From IMG/VR virus record IMGVR_UViG_3300032218_003007, positions 1 through 64,000 of that record: a stretch of DNA of 64,000 nucleotides, one strand, 5' to 3'. Under the pieces are notes generated by a model. That model did no database searches. It had not been told where the DNA came from and saw only the letters and a program-made list of their open reading frames with translations. This document shows positions 11,001-24,200 of this stretch, in pieces. Position numbers and translations under genes: made by a program. Origin of the DNA: a virus. Its lineage: Duplodnaviria > Caudoviricetes. Position 1 is the first letter of the stretch. The number at the start of each line of letters is the position of its first letter.

Positions 11001-11347
11001 CCATGCTTAGACTTGCGCAAGATTATAAAAATAAGACTGGTAGCAAAGTCACAATAACCAGTGCCTATCGCAGCCAAACTGAACAAACAGCTATATATGA
11101 CAAATGGCAAGCTGCAGGTGGTAAAAAACCAGAAAACCCTTCTGCTGCAGGAATCACTACGCCTGCTTTACCCGTTGTTTACGGCGGAAAATTAAACGCT
11201 CACGGCCAAGGCATTGCTATTGATAGTAGCCAGGCTCAGATATTGAATTCTACTTTCACTATCAGTGATTACGGGTTGAGTTGGGGCGGAAACTATTCGC
11301 CAGCAGATCCAGTGCATATCTACTTGTCAACATATCAACCTAAATAA
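8081..11347 (+). CDS. Baseplate central spike (gp5-like) fused to two lysozyme-like domains and an M15 peptidase
   Basis: GVVKDNYDPTRSGRLQVWIP/PDIGNQV OB-fold, beta-helix repeats, NLETGG...GLIQFG, YLES...IGKYQI, and TSAYRS...HGQGIAID...DPVH. Confidence 0.85.
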   Translation: MAEDRRQGRKTPAHTDREKVAGTKLDAATYIGVVKDNYDPTRSGRLQVWIPDFGGTQDEKSGNNPAFWRTVSYASPYFGATYQPSKYEKNSFDTVNHTYGMWMIPPDIGNQVLCTFVNGDPGRGYWFACINPTLSHGMVPGIATNPKADTTTVDDYLKPSLDPNGPKPQVLPVVEFNENAPDAISDNFYNNPRPIHEWQANVLLRQGLDIDGIRGAISSSSQRETPSHVFGISTPGRAYGNDPADDPEYQQKVNQGLIDDNTYAVRARKGGHQFVMDDGDSTGKDQLIRLRTSSGHQILMNDYEKIVYIANSEGSVWIELAGSGHMHIFTASGFNLHTQGDMNLHSGKNVNIHAENNVNLFATNEFNVNASKINATASDSILAFGGKVNIGSGSFMNIGASTINMGAGGAIQINGSKIDLNKTSGGNTITGASIQQNTHNATGFISDPNVTPRNVWREQIAAAQSIVSVLPQHEPWTRQGAGIQVTGDAPLTVVNSSICPPKKGAPPSYTLPPPNNAADRGKVKGQPYPWSTDKPFLDKVKSISETLNLNYIDMLACMNLETGGTFDPAITNSLGYTGLIQFGADACRACGTTTNAIKDLTRQDQCDFVLKYFQVNQLNQKAPTPRLVDIYLTILWPAAVGKPDDYVVFQPNSAAQRANSGFDTDKKGYTTVADVAAKIKQNQDSVKQLLANAGEQSQTLPENKEVSDGTGNVLSSTGSTTISNVDTGITQASAKSLQGDTCPAEYLNKSDNYSPPGGIGDTSPQFSQLQVKAMMSELGYLESKWDYAKVANDTVIGKYQIDAFYLTDTARAYIKPDAYKQYSDSAVIYNESWTGKDKINSEETFFEYKSTQDQIQFDEFTTNYAALIANGGIKNTDDICTAAGMLFVAHYYRDVDKAKKWRDQGGDDTAANYFNHGRYSIDILAANGAVTPTVGSGLASENTSGINPDDVLVFTSGSGDRSHFDQLDGSFKSAMLRLAQDYKNKTGSKVTITSAYRSQTEQTAIYDKWQAAGGKKPENPSAAGITTPALPVVYGGKLNAHGQGIAIDSSQAQILNSTFTISDYGLSWGGNYSPADPVHIYLSTYQPK

Positions 11348-11364
11348 ACTTGGTAAATATTAAT

Positions 11365-11754
11365 ATGTCAACATACAATGGTTTTTCTACATTTAATAGA
11401 GTCAAAAAGTTTAAAGTCACCGATTTTGAATTAGCTAAACAAGATCTCATAAACCACTTCAATACAAGAAAAGGTGAAAGAGTAATGCATCCTGATTTTG
11501 GAACAATGATATGGGATAGTTTATTTGAACCATTTACTGAAGCTCTCAGACAAAGTATTATAGACGATGTTAATAGTATTGTTAGATATGATCCTCGTTT
11601 AGGTGTGACTCAATTTGATATTACAGAACAACTTTACGGTATACAAATCATATTGACTTTAGTATATCTAACAACAAATCAAACTGAAACATTGATGATG
11701 CAATTCGATAAGAATTCTCCAGGAACTACTAAAGTATTTTCATCAAGCCAATAA
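11365..11754 (+). CDS. gp25: Baseplate wedge subunit gp25-like
   Basis: TRKGERVMHPDFGT...LFEP...YDPR motif. Start moved to ATG 11365, 5 nt after TAAATA (11354-11359). Confidence 0.9.
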   Translation: MSTYNGFSTFNRVKKFKVTDFELAKQDLINHFNTRKGERVMHPDFGTMIWDSLFEPFTEALRQSIIDDVNSIVRYDPRLGVTQFDITEQLYGIQIILTLVYLTTNQTETLMMQFDKNSPGTTKVFSSSQ

Positions 11755-11773
11755 AACCCCTGTTTCTAACAGT

Positions 11774-11781
11774 CATAAATA
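11774..11781 (+). promoter_or_regulatory. Late promoter (CATAAATA)
   Basis: Intergenic, upstream of the AGGA RBS of the gp6-like gene. Confidence 0.65.
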
Positions 11782-11803
11782 AGAGATACAGGATATTTAA
11801 AGA

Positions 11804-14800
11804 ATGGCTATCACTAGACGTCAGACCAATCTATTAGTAAACCAGGACTGGAAGCAAGTATACCAGTCCTTTAAAGAAGCTGATTTTCAGAGCTACGACT
11901 TTGAAACTATTCGCAAGTCGATGATCGAATATTTGCGAACATATTATCCAGAAGATTTTAACGATTACACTGAGAGCAGTGAATATATTGCTTTGATTGA
12001 TTTAATTGCGTTTTTAGGTCAAAGTCTTGCTTTTCGCACGGATCTAAATGCTCGTGAAAACTTTTTTGATACAGCTGAACGTCGTGACAGTGTACTGAAA
12101 TTAGCACGCTTAATTAGTTATAACGCTAAGCGCAATGTGCCAGCAAACGGATTACTTAAAATAGACAGCATTACGACCACTGAACGAGTTATAGATTCTA
12201 ACGGCTTTGATCTCAGTAACCTGATTATCAGCTGGAACGATACAACTAATCCAGATTGGCAAGAACAATTTGTAACTATATTCAATGCAAGTTTAGTAAA
12301 CAGTCAGATGATTGGAAAACCCGGAAATAGTCAATCTATTAACAGTATTCAAACTGATGAATATACAATAAATCTTGTGCAGGGTGTATTGCCAACTTAC
12401 GGATTTCGGGCCACGGTTGACGGCAGTGTCATGAATTTTGAAGCAGTCAGTGCTACCACCGTGAATCAGAGCTACATCTATGAACCTGAGCCTAAGCCCT
12501 CAGGTAAATTCAATGTATTATATCGTAATGACAATCAAGGCAACAATAGCGCAAACACTGGCTATTTTGTCTACTTCAAACAAGGCACACTAAGCACTAC
12601 TACATTCAATTTAGCTCAAGCATTAGCTAATCGTGTCGTGAATGTAAATTTTGATAACATTAACAATAGTGATATATGTTTATATCAGCTAGATAGCACA
12701 AACACACCAACAACACTTTGGACTAAAGTACCAGCATTAGCTGGCATAAATGTCATTTATAATCACAGTACAGATCGAAATTTATATCAAGTAAACACTC
12801 GTGCTAATGATCAAATTGATCTAGTGTTTGGCGACGGATCATTTGCAAATGTACCGCAAGGTGTATATCGATTATATTACAGAGTTAGCAACGGCCAACG
12901 CTATAAAATAACGCCTGACGAAATGCAGGGAATAATAGTATCTATTAACTATGTCAGTCGAAATAATAGGGTTGAAACTCTTACTATTCGCGCCAGCTTA
13001 CAATATACAGTAGCAAATTCTGATATACGTGAAGTATCTGATGATATTAGAGTCAAAGCACCGCAGCAGTACTATACACAGAATCGTATGATCACTGGTG
13101 AAGATTATAATATCTTTCCTTATGTAAATTTCAATAGTATTCTTAAAGTAAAAGCAGTGAATCGTTCTAGTGCTGGTGTAAGCAGATTCTTGGATGTGTT
13201 AGACGCAACTGGAAAATACTCTAGTACTAACATATTTGGCAGTGATGGTTTCATATACCAAAATCAACCAATCAAAAGTGTAAATTTTAGTTTCACTTCA
13301 CCTAACGACATTAATAATGTTGTTTACAACATAATTGATCCACTGTTGTCTACAACAGAAATGAAGCAGTTTTATTATGCAAACTTTCCCAGAAAGAATC
13401 AGCCTTCTGATTTTAACAACGTTTTATGGTCACAAATATCTATAGATACCAACTCTAGCAGTGGATATCTACGGTCTGGTAACGCACAGACTGGTGCAAT
13501 CATGAATATTGGTAAAATCACTGCTAGTGCACTAAAATATATTACGGTAGGTTCATTGCTTCGATTTGTAGCAAGTACGGACAATACCAAATATTTCGAT
13601 ACACAGAATCAAATTCAAATTGGTACCCCCGTATACGAAGGTGAAAAATTATATATCTATGCTGCGGTGACTTCTACCTTGTCCAATAACGGTGTGAATC
13701 TCAGCGTTAAAGTGCCTACAGGTGCTGTGCTAGATCAAATAATACCAGTTTTTAATAATACATTACCTGGTAAATCAATGACAGATGAAATGACTCGCTT
13801 GATCCAAAGCTACAAAAACTTCGGTATCAGATATGATGTCAACTATCAAACTTGGAAAGTCATTTATCCACAAGATTTAAACCCAACCAGCATATTCGAT
13901 CTTACTAACACCGGCAATACATCAGGCAATGCGTTAGATGCTAGCTGGTTAGTAAGATTTAGTTTTAACGGTACTAGTTATTCTGCACTGTATAGAACGC
14001 AAGAATATATATTTGGTAGCGTTGATCAAACAAGATTCTATTTTGATCCAAAAGTTAATGCATATGATCCAAGACTCGGTATAATAGTGCATGATCAAAT
14101 AAAAATTTTGAAAATCAATAATAAACCTGATAGTGCATCTCCATTGACCCAAGATCAAACTTGGTATATCTATAATACATTAATAGACAGCACTGGATTT
14201 CTTGATAATTCCAAGTTGTTAATAACTTTCACTGATTCTAATTTTGATGGTGTTCCGGACGATCCTGATTTATTTGATAATATAGTTGCACCAACTGTAA
14301 ATCTTAGTAAGAAATATGTATTCTTTCAGCATCAATTGACCACTGATAACTATGATATTCTTGTGCCAATAGATAATACAACAGTAGTAACTACATATAC
14401 CACACAGTCATCTATATCAGCTAATAAGAGCCTTTATGCAGCTGGCCAAATATTTTATGCAACCTCTGAACAGCTATTTTATAAGTTGAATTCTACTGGT
14501 CAATTGAACAACGATACTAGTTATGTTGCTGAGATTGGAAGACAAAGCGTATATTTTCAGCATCGTCATAATAGTCCAAGTGAACGAAGAATTGATCCTA
14601 GCCCAAATAATATTATGGACTTTTATATTCTTACTAAGCAATATTCCCAAGATTACATTGCTTGGATCAGAGATACTAGTGGCACAGTTATTGAACCAAC
14701 TAGACCTACTAATGAAGAACTTAAAATGGCTTATGGCGCAGGTTCTACTAGTCTAGATAATTATAAAGCATTGAGTGACACTCTAGTCTACAACTCAGGA

Positions 14801-15202
14801 AAATTTAAACCAGTGTTTGGATTAGATACTAATAAAGTAAGAATTGAATATCAAGCTGTATTTAAAGTAGTAAAGAATCCTAATGTTATCGTTAGTGATA
14901 ACGATATCAAGACCAGCTTGATTACAGCTATTAATACTTTTTTTGATACTAACAATTGGGATTTTGGTGAGACATTCTATTTTAGTGAACTCAGTACCTA
15001 TCTTCATAATATGTTATCTCCTAATATAGCTAGCGTTATAATTGTCCCTTCTTCCAACAATCAGGCTTTTGGAAGTTTGATGCAAATTAATGCACAACCA
15101 GACGAAGTGATCATTAGCGCAGCAACAGTAGATAATGTGGAGATTATCAGTGCAATAACAGCTACACAGCTGAATCAAAGCCTAGCAAACGTTATACCAT
15201 GA
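11804..15202 (+). CDS. gp6: Baseplate wedge protein gp6-like
   Basis: YDFETIRKSMIEYL...FNDY..SS...LIDLIA...ENFFDTAERRDSV, LVFGDG and QNRMITGEDY motifs. Confidence 0.85.
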   Translation: MAITRRQTNLLVNQDWKQVYQSFKEADFQSYDFETIRKSMIEYLRTYYPEDFNDYTESSEYIALIDLIAFLGQSLAFRTDLNARENFFDTAERRDSVLKLARLISYNAKRNVPANGLLKIDSITTTERVIDSNGFDLSNLIISWNDTTNPDWQEQFVTIFNASLVNSQMIGKPGNSQSINSIQTDEYTINLVQGVLPTYGFRATVDGSVMNFEAVSATTVNQSYIYEPEPKPSGKFNVLYRNDNQGNNSANTGYFVYFKQGTLSTTTFNLAQALANRVVNVNFDNINNSDICLYQLDSTNTPTTLWTKVPALAGINVIYNHSTDRNLYQVNTRANDQIDLVFGDGSFANVPQGVYRLYYRVSNGQRYKITPDEMQGIIVSINYVSRNNRVETLTIRASLQYTVANSDIREVSDDIRVKAPQQYYTQNRMITGEDYNIFPYVNFNSILKVKAVNRSSAGVSRFLDVLDATGKYSSTNIFGSDGFIYQNQPIKSVNFSFTSPNDINNVVYNIIDPLLSTTEMKQFYYANFPRKNQPSDFNNVLWSQISIDTNSSSGYLRSGNAQTGAIMNIGKITASALKYITVGSLLRFVASTDNTKYFDTQNQIQIGTPVYEGEKLYIYAAVTSTLSNNGVNLSVKVPTGAVLDQIIPVFNNTLPGKSMTDEMTRLIQSYKNFGIRYDVNYQTWKVIYPQDLNPTSIFDLTNTGNTSGNALDASWLVRFSFNGTSYSALYRTQEYIFGSVDQTRFYFDPKVNAYDPRLGIIVHDQIKILKINNKPDSASPLTQDQTWYIYNTLIDSTGFLDNSKLLITFTDSNFDGVPDDPDLFDNIVAPTVNLSKKYVFFQHQLTTDNYDILVPIDNTTVVTTYTTQSSISANKSLYAAGQIFYATSEQLFYKLNSTGQLNNDTSYVAEIGRQSVYFQHRHNSPSERRIDPSPNNIMDFYILTKQYSQDYIAWIRDTSGTVIEPTRPTNEELKMAYGAGSTSLDNYKALSDTLVYNSGKFKPVFGLDTNKVRIEYQAVFKVVKNPNVIVSDNDIKTSLITAINTFFDTNNWDFGETFYFSELSTYLHNMLSPNIASVIIVPSSNNQAFGSLMQINAQPDEVIISAATVDNVEIISAITATQLNQSLANVIP

Positions 15203-15212
15203 TGGAAATAAG

Positions 15213-18200
15213 ATGGCCATAAAGACAGTAAATTTTCTACCAGAGATATTTCGTTCAGATACTAACAAGAAGTTTTTGAACGCCACATTAGACCAGCTAG
15301 TTAGTCAACCTGATCTGAGAAAAATCAATGGATATATTGGGCGCAAGTTTGCGCCTACTTATAAGAGTACAGATAATTATCAGCCAGAACCTACTGTAGA
15401 ACGGCAGAATTATCAGCTAGAGTCTAGTATTGTAGTTAGAGATAAAACTAAGAAAACTCAATTTTTTAGTAGCTATATTGACCTACTCAATCAAATCGAA
15501 CATAACGGTGGCAATGTTTCTGATCAAAGTAGATTATTCAGTAATGAGACTTATAGTTTTGACGGAAGATTTGACTTTGATAAATTTATAAATTTTAGTC
15601 AATATTACTGGCTTACTGATGGCCCAGACCCAGTAGACGTTTACGGAAGTTCTATAGAAAAGGAACAAACCTTTGTTGTTACTCGTGATCCTTCGACTGG
15701 TAGCTATCATTTCAGCAGCTTAGGTTCGACGCAGAATCCTGCTTTACACTTAGGCTATGGTGGCACATACAAATTCATAGTTGATCAACCTGGATTTCCG
15801 TTCTGGATACAAAGTGATCCAGGAACCTTAGGCTATAAAACAAATCAAAAAAATATATCTACACGAGACGTATTAGGTGTAGCTAATAATGGCATAGATC
15901 GCGGTACAATAACTTTCTCAGTGCCTCAGCCGACACAACAAGATCGATATTTACAAATGCCAATGGTAGCTTCAGCAGATCTGAGTACTGATGCGCATTT
16001 TAATGATATACAACATATTAAGTTAAGTGATTTGAAAAAATCGCCCTATTTTGGTTTCGATAAAGTGACTGCTAGTCTAGCAGGCAAGACTGTAGTATTC
16101 ATCAATAATGATACAGACGATGTTTTCTGGACAGCTAATGATTTATATGATAGTGAGTTATATGCTGAATCAATGACTCGACAGTTGACATCAGCAACAG
16201 TTGCTACTGACACAACGATCTATGTTGAAAATTCAAACGACTTAACGGTAGGAATGTATCTTAGTGACGAACAGCTATTGCATACCAATATAAGAATTAA
16301 ACAGATAAATGGAAATCAACTTATTCTTACTAATCCAATTGGTATTGAACTTAGCTCAGGTACAGCTATTTTGTTTACTTCTTATAACTATTCTTCATAC
16401 CCTACTGTACTAGAAAGTCAGAGAAGAAGTTTATGGCGTATTAATCTAGTTGGTATTCCTGGCAATGAAATAGTGAAACTAGTTCCAGACGTCCAGGTAA
16501 GCGTAAATCAAAGAGTTTTTGTTCGCAATGGCAGTACTAGAAGCCAATTAATATATTATCTAGATGCAAATTCTGGTCTTTTGGAACGTGTGCCCCATAT
16601 TACTGCACCTTTACCTGTATTGTATTATCAGGACGGTTTAAAATCTGGATTCCAAGGAGAAATATTATTATCTGAGATATTTAATAATTCGATTGATATC
16701 AGCAAGATACTGAATAGCAAGACTTATAAGAGTCCTAACGGTGTAGAATTTACCAATGGTATGAAAGTCAAATTTGGCAGCGGTGTTATTCCTGCATCAT
16801 ACATAGACAACACATATTATGTTGAAGGCGTTGGTACTTCTATTAGATTAATAAATGTAAATTACTTTGTCAGTCCAGAAGGATTTGGTAAACAGAAAGA
16901 TTATATAACTATTAATCGTGGTAGTCAGGATTTAAATTCATGGACTAGAAGTAATCGCTGGTTTCACATTGATATAATCAAAAAAACTGCTGAGTATAAT
17001 AATACCATTGCATTGATTGATCAAACCCTGCGAGCTAACAGACCTATTATCGAATTTGAACCTGATATTCAGTTGCAACAATATGGCCGAAAAGCCAAAG
17101 AACCAATCAATATTTTATTATTGACTAGTACATTTACCGATGCATTCAATGGCATTGAGCTTAAAGAAACAGTAACTTTACCGCACAACGTAAAGTTAAA
17201 AGATGGTCAAAGAATAATATTTGGTAATGACATAGACTATACAGTTAGAAATAAAATCTATGTAGTTAAGTATTCATACATTAACGAAAAATACTTGATT
17301 ACATTACAGCCATCAACCGATACTGAAGTATTTGCATATAACAATCTAATTGCATCTGATGGAGTCATCACTGATAGTGCAGTTATTACAGGTGTAGAGT
17401 ACTATTTTGACGGAACAAGCTGGCTACCCTGTCAATCTAAAACTTCATTAAATCAAGCGCCATTATTCGATGTAATTGATCAGAATGGATATAGTCTAGG
17501 CGATACAGATGTATATCCTGATAGTACATTTGTCGGCACTAATATATTTTCTTACACAACGGGCACCGGCCCCGATGATCCAATATTAGGATTTCCGTTA
17601 AGTTATCGTAATTTTAACCAAATTGGTGATATACAGTTTACCAATAATTTTGATAACGACACTTTTACGTATTTGAACACTGATATAGACAATAATGTTA
17701 CCACGAATATCAATTCTGTAGGTTTGTTGCGTGTCAACAATGGTCTTAATGATTATGCTGTGCGTAATATGTGGATAAAAGAAATAGAGCCTAGTCAACA
17801 GTTTCAAATTATCAGTGGAGTTTTTGACGGACTAAATCGATATTTTATCATAGATATATTGCCAAATGAAACAGACAATACGGTGCCACATTTAAGAGTA
17901 TACAAAAATAGTAATTTGGTGATACCTTCTTTATATGCTCAAATCAAAGTTGGTGCAAATACTTATATTCGTATAGATGATACATCTCTCGTAGCAGGCG
18001 ATAAGATTGACATCAGAATATACAGTGATACTGTTAGTAAAATAGGTTATTATGAAGTACCTAAAAATCTAGATCTGAATACTGAAAATAAGAATTTTAC
18101 TACTTTAAGCTTGGGTCAAATGCGTAATCATTTGTCTCGTCTTGCTGAAAATACAACTCGTATTGTGGGCACATTGCCGGGTGATAGTAATCTAAGAGAT

Positions 18201-21200
18201 GTTCCTATTAAACGACAGGGTGGTAGCATAGTTCAACACGCTAGTCCAATTCTGTATAGCGAATTGTTTTTGGTAGATACAGATGCAAATCTGATAAAAG
18301 GTATTGATTTAGCTAGGCACGAATTTCAGAAGATCAAAAACAAATACATAGAATCAGTATCAAAACTATCTGATTCAGTAGCTCTTACAGATATACCGGG
18401 CATATGCGACTTGATTCTGAAAAATATGAATCAAGTAAAGAATAAATCTTTTCCATGGTACTATAGTGATATGATTCCTTACGGAGATATCAAAAATACT
18501 ATCACTTATACAGTATTGGATGCTGAAATTAGAGACTATGAAATCAGCAGAATATTTGATGATACTAAACTAAGCAATAACGCTGTATTAGTTTATATTA
18601 ATAATAGACAGCTAACCAAAGGCACTGACTATGTTTTTGATACCACAAGGGCTGGCGTAACAATCAATACTTCCTACATATTAAATGTTGAAGATACAAT
18701 CACAATCAATGAATACGATAATACAGATGGAAACTATATTCCAGAAACACCAACTAAATTAGGTTTGTATCCTAAGTTTACACCAATGATATATTTGGAT
18801 GATACATATCAAGATCCAGTATACGTTATCCAAGGTCATGATGGCAGTATTACTCCTGCATTTGGTGATATGCGAGATGATCTTCTTTTAGAATTTGAAA
18901 AAAGAATCTATAATAACATTAAGATTAATTACAGTAAAAATGTATTTGATATATTTGATCACATACCAGGTAAATTTCGTTCAAGCAAATATAGCCATAC
19001 AGAATTTACGCAGATATTAACTCGCAGCTTCTTGAAATGGGCAGGTGCTAACCGAGTTGATTTTACTACGAATGACTATTTCCAAGTCAGTAATCCATTT
19101 ACTTGGAATTACAGGATATACAATGACAGTATAGATGGAGAACGGCTTACTGGAACATGGAGAGCTATTTTTGATTATTTCTATGATACATATAGACCTC
19201 ATACTAATCCATGGGAAATGTTAGGATTTTCTGAAGAACCAGACTGGTGGCAAGACCGTTACGGCGCACCTCCGTATACCGGCGGCAACACAGTAATGTG
19301 GCATGATTTAGAAAAAGGATATATTTATGCAGGTCCTCGAGCCGGTTTCGATACTAGGTTTGCTAGGTCAGGACTAAGCAAAATTATTCCTGTAGATGAT
19401 CATGGCGAACTTAGACCACCAAATCAATTTGCAGTAGCTGGAATCGATAGTAGTAATACCAGTGCGAGTTATGTAGTTGGCAACCAAGGACCAGTTGAAT
19501 TCGCGTGGCGTCGTAGTAGTGACTTTCCTTATGCTTTACAACAAGCGTTAGCAGTTGCATTCCCTGCATTTTATTTTGGAACTCTGATCAATGTAGGCGA
19601 ATACTTCAGAAATGTTGAGCTTGATCAATATACATTAACAAGTAATCTGCAACGTATAACACCAGCGACAGTAACACTGAACGGCGACACCACTGGTGGA
19701 AGTATTAAACGAGTAGCTGGTTATATAAACTGGGTGTCAGATTATTTACGTAATAACGGCATAGATCCTATTACTAAAATAAACACTTATCTTCAATATG
19801 TGTCAGTGCAACTAGCTTATAAAATGGCTGGCTATACAGATCCAACGATGATAGAAGTGATCGCTGAACAAAGTAGTCCTACTAGCACTAATCAAGGCGT
19901 TGTGATTCCAAAAGAGAATTACACAATCGAACTCAATAAATCTACACCTATCAACACTATAACATACAGTGCTGTTATTGTAGAAAGAAGCGAAAATGGA
20001 TATACAGTAAGCGGATATGATGTGGATAATCCATATTTCACAATCATACCTAGTTTAGCTAATAACAACGCCTATGCTATCTCAGTGCTTAATGATCGTG
20101 CAGTTATCTATAAAGATTATCAGAAATATAAAGTTACTATTCCTTATGGATTTGAGTTTACCAATAAACAACAGTTAGTAGATTTTTTAATAAGTTATGG
20201 AAGGTATCTTACTGGCTTAGGCATACAATTTGTTGATTATGATACTGATTTGACTGAGCAAAGAGATTTTGTGCTCAGTAGTAAAGAATTTCTAAATTGG
20301 AGTCAGCAAAGTTGGCCACTGGGTAGCGTACTTGTACTCAGTCCAATTCTGAATACTATTAAAATCAATACTACTTCTGGCGTTATAGATAACATTAAAA
20401 ATGCGCCTGGGTCTAGTAGAATTTTAGATACTAACTTTACTTTTATCAAGTCTAATCAGTTCACAGTGCTTAGAGATGAAGGAAATTTTAAACTTACTGC
20501 TAACTTTGTACAGACTATTGCGTTGGCAGTTCTAGATGTGGTTGAATTTGAACATGTAATGGTATTTGACAATACCACAGTATTCAATGACATCATTTAT
20601 AAACCAGAATTAGGTAATAGACAATACAGAATGAAGCTGGTCGGTAGCAAGACTGGCAATTGGACAGGTTCTCTGAATCCTGGAGGTTTTATTTATAATA
20701 GCCCAATAGTACCAGACTGGAATAGTGGAGTTGATTATAAGAAAGGTGAACTAGTAAGCTATAAAAGTTTTTATTATGCTGCTTTGTATGACATCGTGGC
20801 AACAGTAGAGTTTGCGCCTTCTCAATGGAGACAGATACCTACTAATCAAATAAAAACTGGATTGTTACCTAACTTCACATTTAATGCTGGAAAGTTTAAT
20901 CAGTTCTTTGACCTAGACGATCCTTCTACAGAAGGAGGTTTCGATGAGTTTTCAGATAGAGTTATAGGATTCCAAGAACGTCAGTATATGACTGATCTTG
21001 GTATTAATAAATCTATACAAGCTAAGTTCTATCAAGGTTTTATTAAAGAAAAAGGCACAATCAATTCTGTAAATGCATTCACTGCTGCTGGATTTAACAG
21101 TGTAAGTAGCACAGTTAATTTATATGAAGAATGGGCATTACGCATTGGCGAATATGGTGCATTAAACAACAATAAGTTTGTTGAAGTTCAGCTGATTGAA

Positions 21201-24200
21201 GGTGAATACACTGGCGATCCGATCGTTCTTACTTTACTTCCTAATAATGGATCGTCTGTTGATCAAATCATTGGTATCACTCCAGATAAAACATATCGTA
21301 CAGGCACAGATTATAAAGCTAATATCTTCCTGAATCGGGATGCTCATAGTATCTACGAAAATGATATTCATACTGCTGGATATGTCAGTATGAATGACAT
21401 AAACACCACTATATACGACATTGCAAATTATTCTTCTCTCAGCAACAAAGTTGCTCAAATGGGTATAGGATATAAAATCTGGTGTGCTAAAGATTTTAAC
21501 AATGATTGGAATGTATATCGCCTAACGGAGACCGAAGGCAGTATCATATCACTATCATATAACATTGATAATATTTCAACTGTAACTACTGATCGCAGAG
21601 TGTCACTTGCATATGGAGATTTAATTGTTATAAAAGCGTTTGATACACGAGTTGACGGCATATACCAAGTTTATAGCGTCGATAGTCCTACTAAATTTAA
21701 TATTGCTACAGTGGCTATTGCACCTACAATTAAGCAATTACAGACTATCACAGGTACTGGTTCTTTATTTAAGTTTATAAGTTCTCGGTTGAAGACAGCT
21801 ACTGATTTAAATTCAATAACACCGCTCAGGGGCTGGATGAACGGTGATAAGTTGTGGGTAGACAATGATATAAATTCAGGTAAATGGTCTGTTTATAACA
21901 AAAGTGATCCATGGCAAGGAAATGTCAGCAATTTTAATGCTAACATGAAGATGTCAGCCAATGATTACGTTACCGACGGTGGCTTTGGTACAGTAACAAC
22001 TATCAGTCAAGACGGCAAATTTGCTGCAGCTGGTATGCCGTCAGCTGACTCAGGTCGAGTGATGGCGTTTGTGTCGAACGTCGTAAACGGCAGTACATTT
22101 ACATTGGTAGCTAACATATCTTCGTCAAATACTGGACTTAGTAATTTTGGTGCTAGTTTAGATAGTGCTGCAAATGTACTTTACGTCGGTGTGCCGGGCG
22201 ACGGTTCTACTCAAGCAGGTAATGTATTTGTTTACAGTTTTGATGGCAACGCTACGTTTACTAAACTTCAGCAGATAAGCAGCCATTGGACTTCTATGCT
22301 AGGAGTATCTAATATCGGCGATACATTTGGGCAGAGTATAAGCGCAAGTACTGATGGTCGTTGGTTGTTCATAGGTGCTCCAAACAAAGGTAATGTTGAA
22401 GTATTCCATGCAAACACTGCTGGAGTGACACAATACATTTATGCAAATACTATATCAAACAGCAGTGCTGCTAAATTTGGATACACAGTTAAGACTACAA
22501 GTGATGCTAGCCAAACAATAATCAGTGCTCCATATGAGACTGTAGATGGTGTAAGTTCAGCCGGCGCAGTATATGTCTATGACAGAAGTATTGAAACTTT
22601 TATAGCTAATACAAGTGCAAGTTATGCTACTCAAAATTCTTTTGACCCGTATACCATTAGAATAACGATTGATGGTAATCTACAAACTATAACTACTCAC
22701 TATACTATATCTGGTAATGTTATAACTTTCAAAAATACACCGATCATTGGTAGTCGTATCGATATAGAAACTAGTAAATTACAATTTATGGAAAGAATCG
22801 TTTCTGATTCTCAGACCAGTGGTGCTACTTTTGGCATAACATCTCATATCAGTGGTAATGATGCTGATATCTATATTGCTAGCCCTGGATACAGTGAAAT
22901 AGGTTATTACAGTGGTATTGTTTATAGATTTGTTAATGAAGGTGCAGCTTATGGTGTGATAAGCAGCAACAAGTTCTCTCCAGCTGTTACGGTGGGCGAT
23001 TCTATTAGACTCAATGGCCAATTAGTCACATTTACTCAAACAGACGTTGCAAATGTAGCAGTCAACATTAATAGTGTTGGAATATCTGGCGTTACAGCTA
23101 GCGTGTCAGATATAGGTGTATTGTCTATCACCAGTAATGTATTGACACCTTACCAGAGATTGGTCGTTAGCCCTGGTCCGGGTACTGCACTTAGGGATCT
23201 AGGATTAAATGTCTATCAAGCAGCACAAACATTGAAACATCCAGCCAATGACCAAGTTAATAATTTTGGTGCACACGTAGTGTCTAGCAGTGATTCACGT
23301 AAGTTAGTAATTGGTGCTACTGGTGGCACAACATATAACTCTCTTACTTTAGATACTAATACTACAACATTTGATCAAGACAGCACAAATTTCTTAGACA
23401 GTATATATGGTTCTGGTTCTGTATACGTCTATGGGCTAGTTGGTGGAGATTTAGCTGGTGTAGCACAAGATCAATATGTGCTAGTTCAACGTTTAGAAAA
23501 CAATAGTCTAGTTAATAATGACTTGTTTGGTAGCAGTCTTGCTATGAATGACAATACATTGTTAGTTGGTGCTCAAAATGACAGTGGAAATAAAATAATA
23601 CCTGATCAAGTTAGTGGTCTTCTCACTGCTGTCCCACGCACTGGTACATACTATATCTATAAGGATATATCAGGTAATGTAGGGTGGGACATCATTCGTT
23701 CAGAAATGCCAAAAGTTGATACTAGAAGTATCACTAGTTTTTATATCTACGATAAAAATACAGATGTAGTCCTGTCGAGATTGGATCATATCGATCCAGC
23801 TAAAGGCAGAATATTAGGCGTTGCAGATCAAGATATTGATTATCGTACACCATACGATCCAGCAATTTATAACGCAGCTGGAGCTGCTGACGAAACTGCA
23901 ATGGAACTGTCAGTGAATGTTAATAGTCATTGGGGTATGAATCAGGTTGGAAAAGTATGGTGGAATTTGTCAACCATGAGATATCTTGATTATGAACAGG
24001 GTAGTCTGGTTTACCGTGAAGCAAATTGGGGAGAACTGTTTCCTGGCAGCTCAGTTGAAGTTTATGAATGGATAATGAGTGATGTTCTGCCAAACAGTTA
24101 CACTGGTTCAGGCACACCTAAGTATCCAAACAATACTGCTTATGTAGTAGAGAGTTATGTAGATGCAGTTAGTAAAACAACACGCAGTCGATATTATTTC

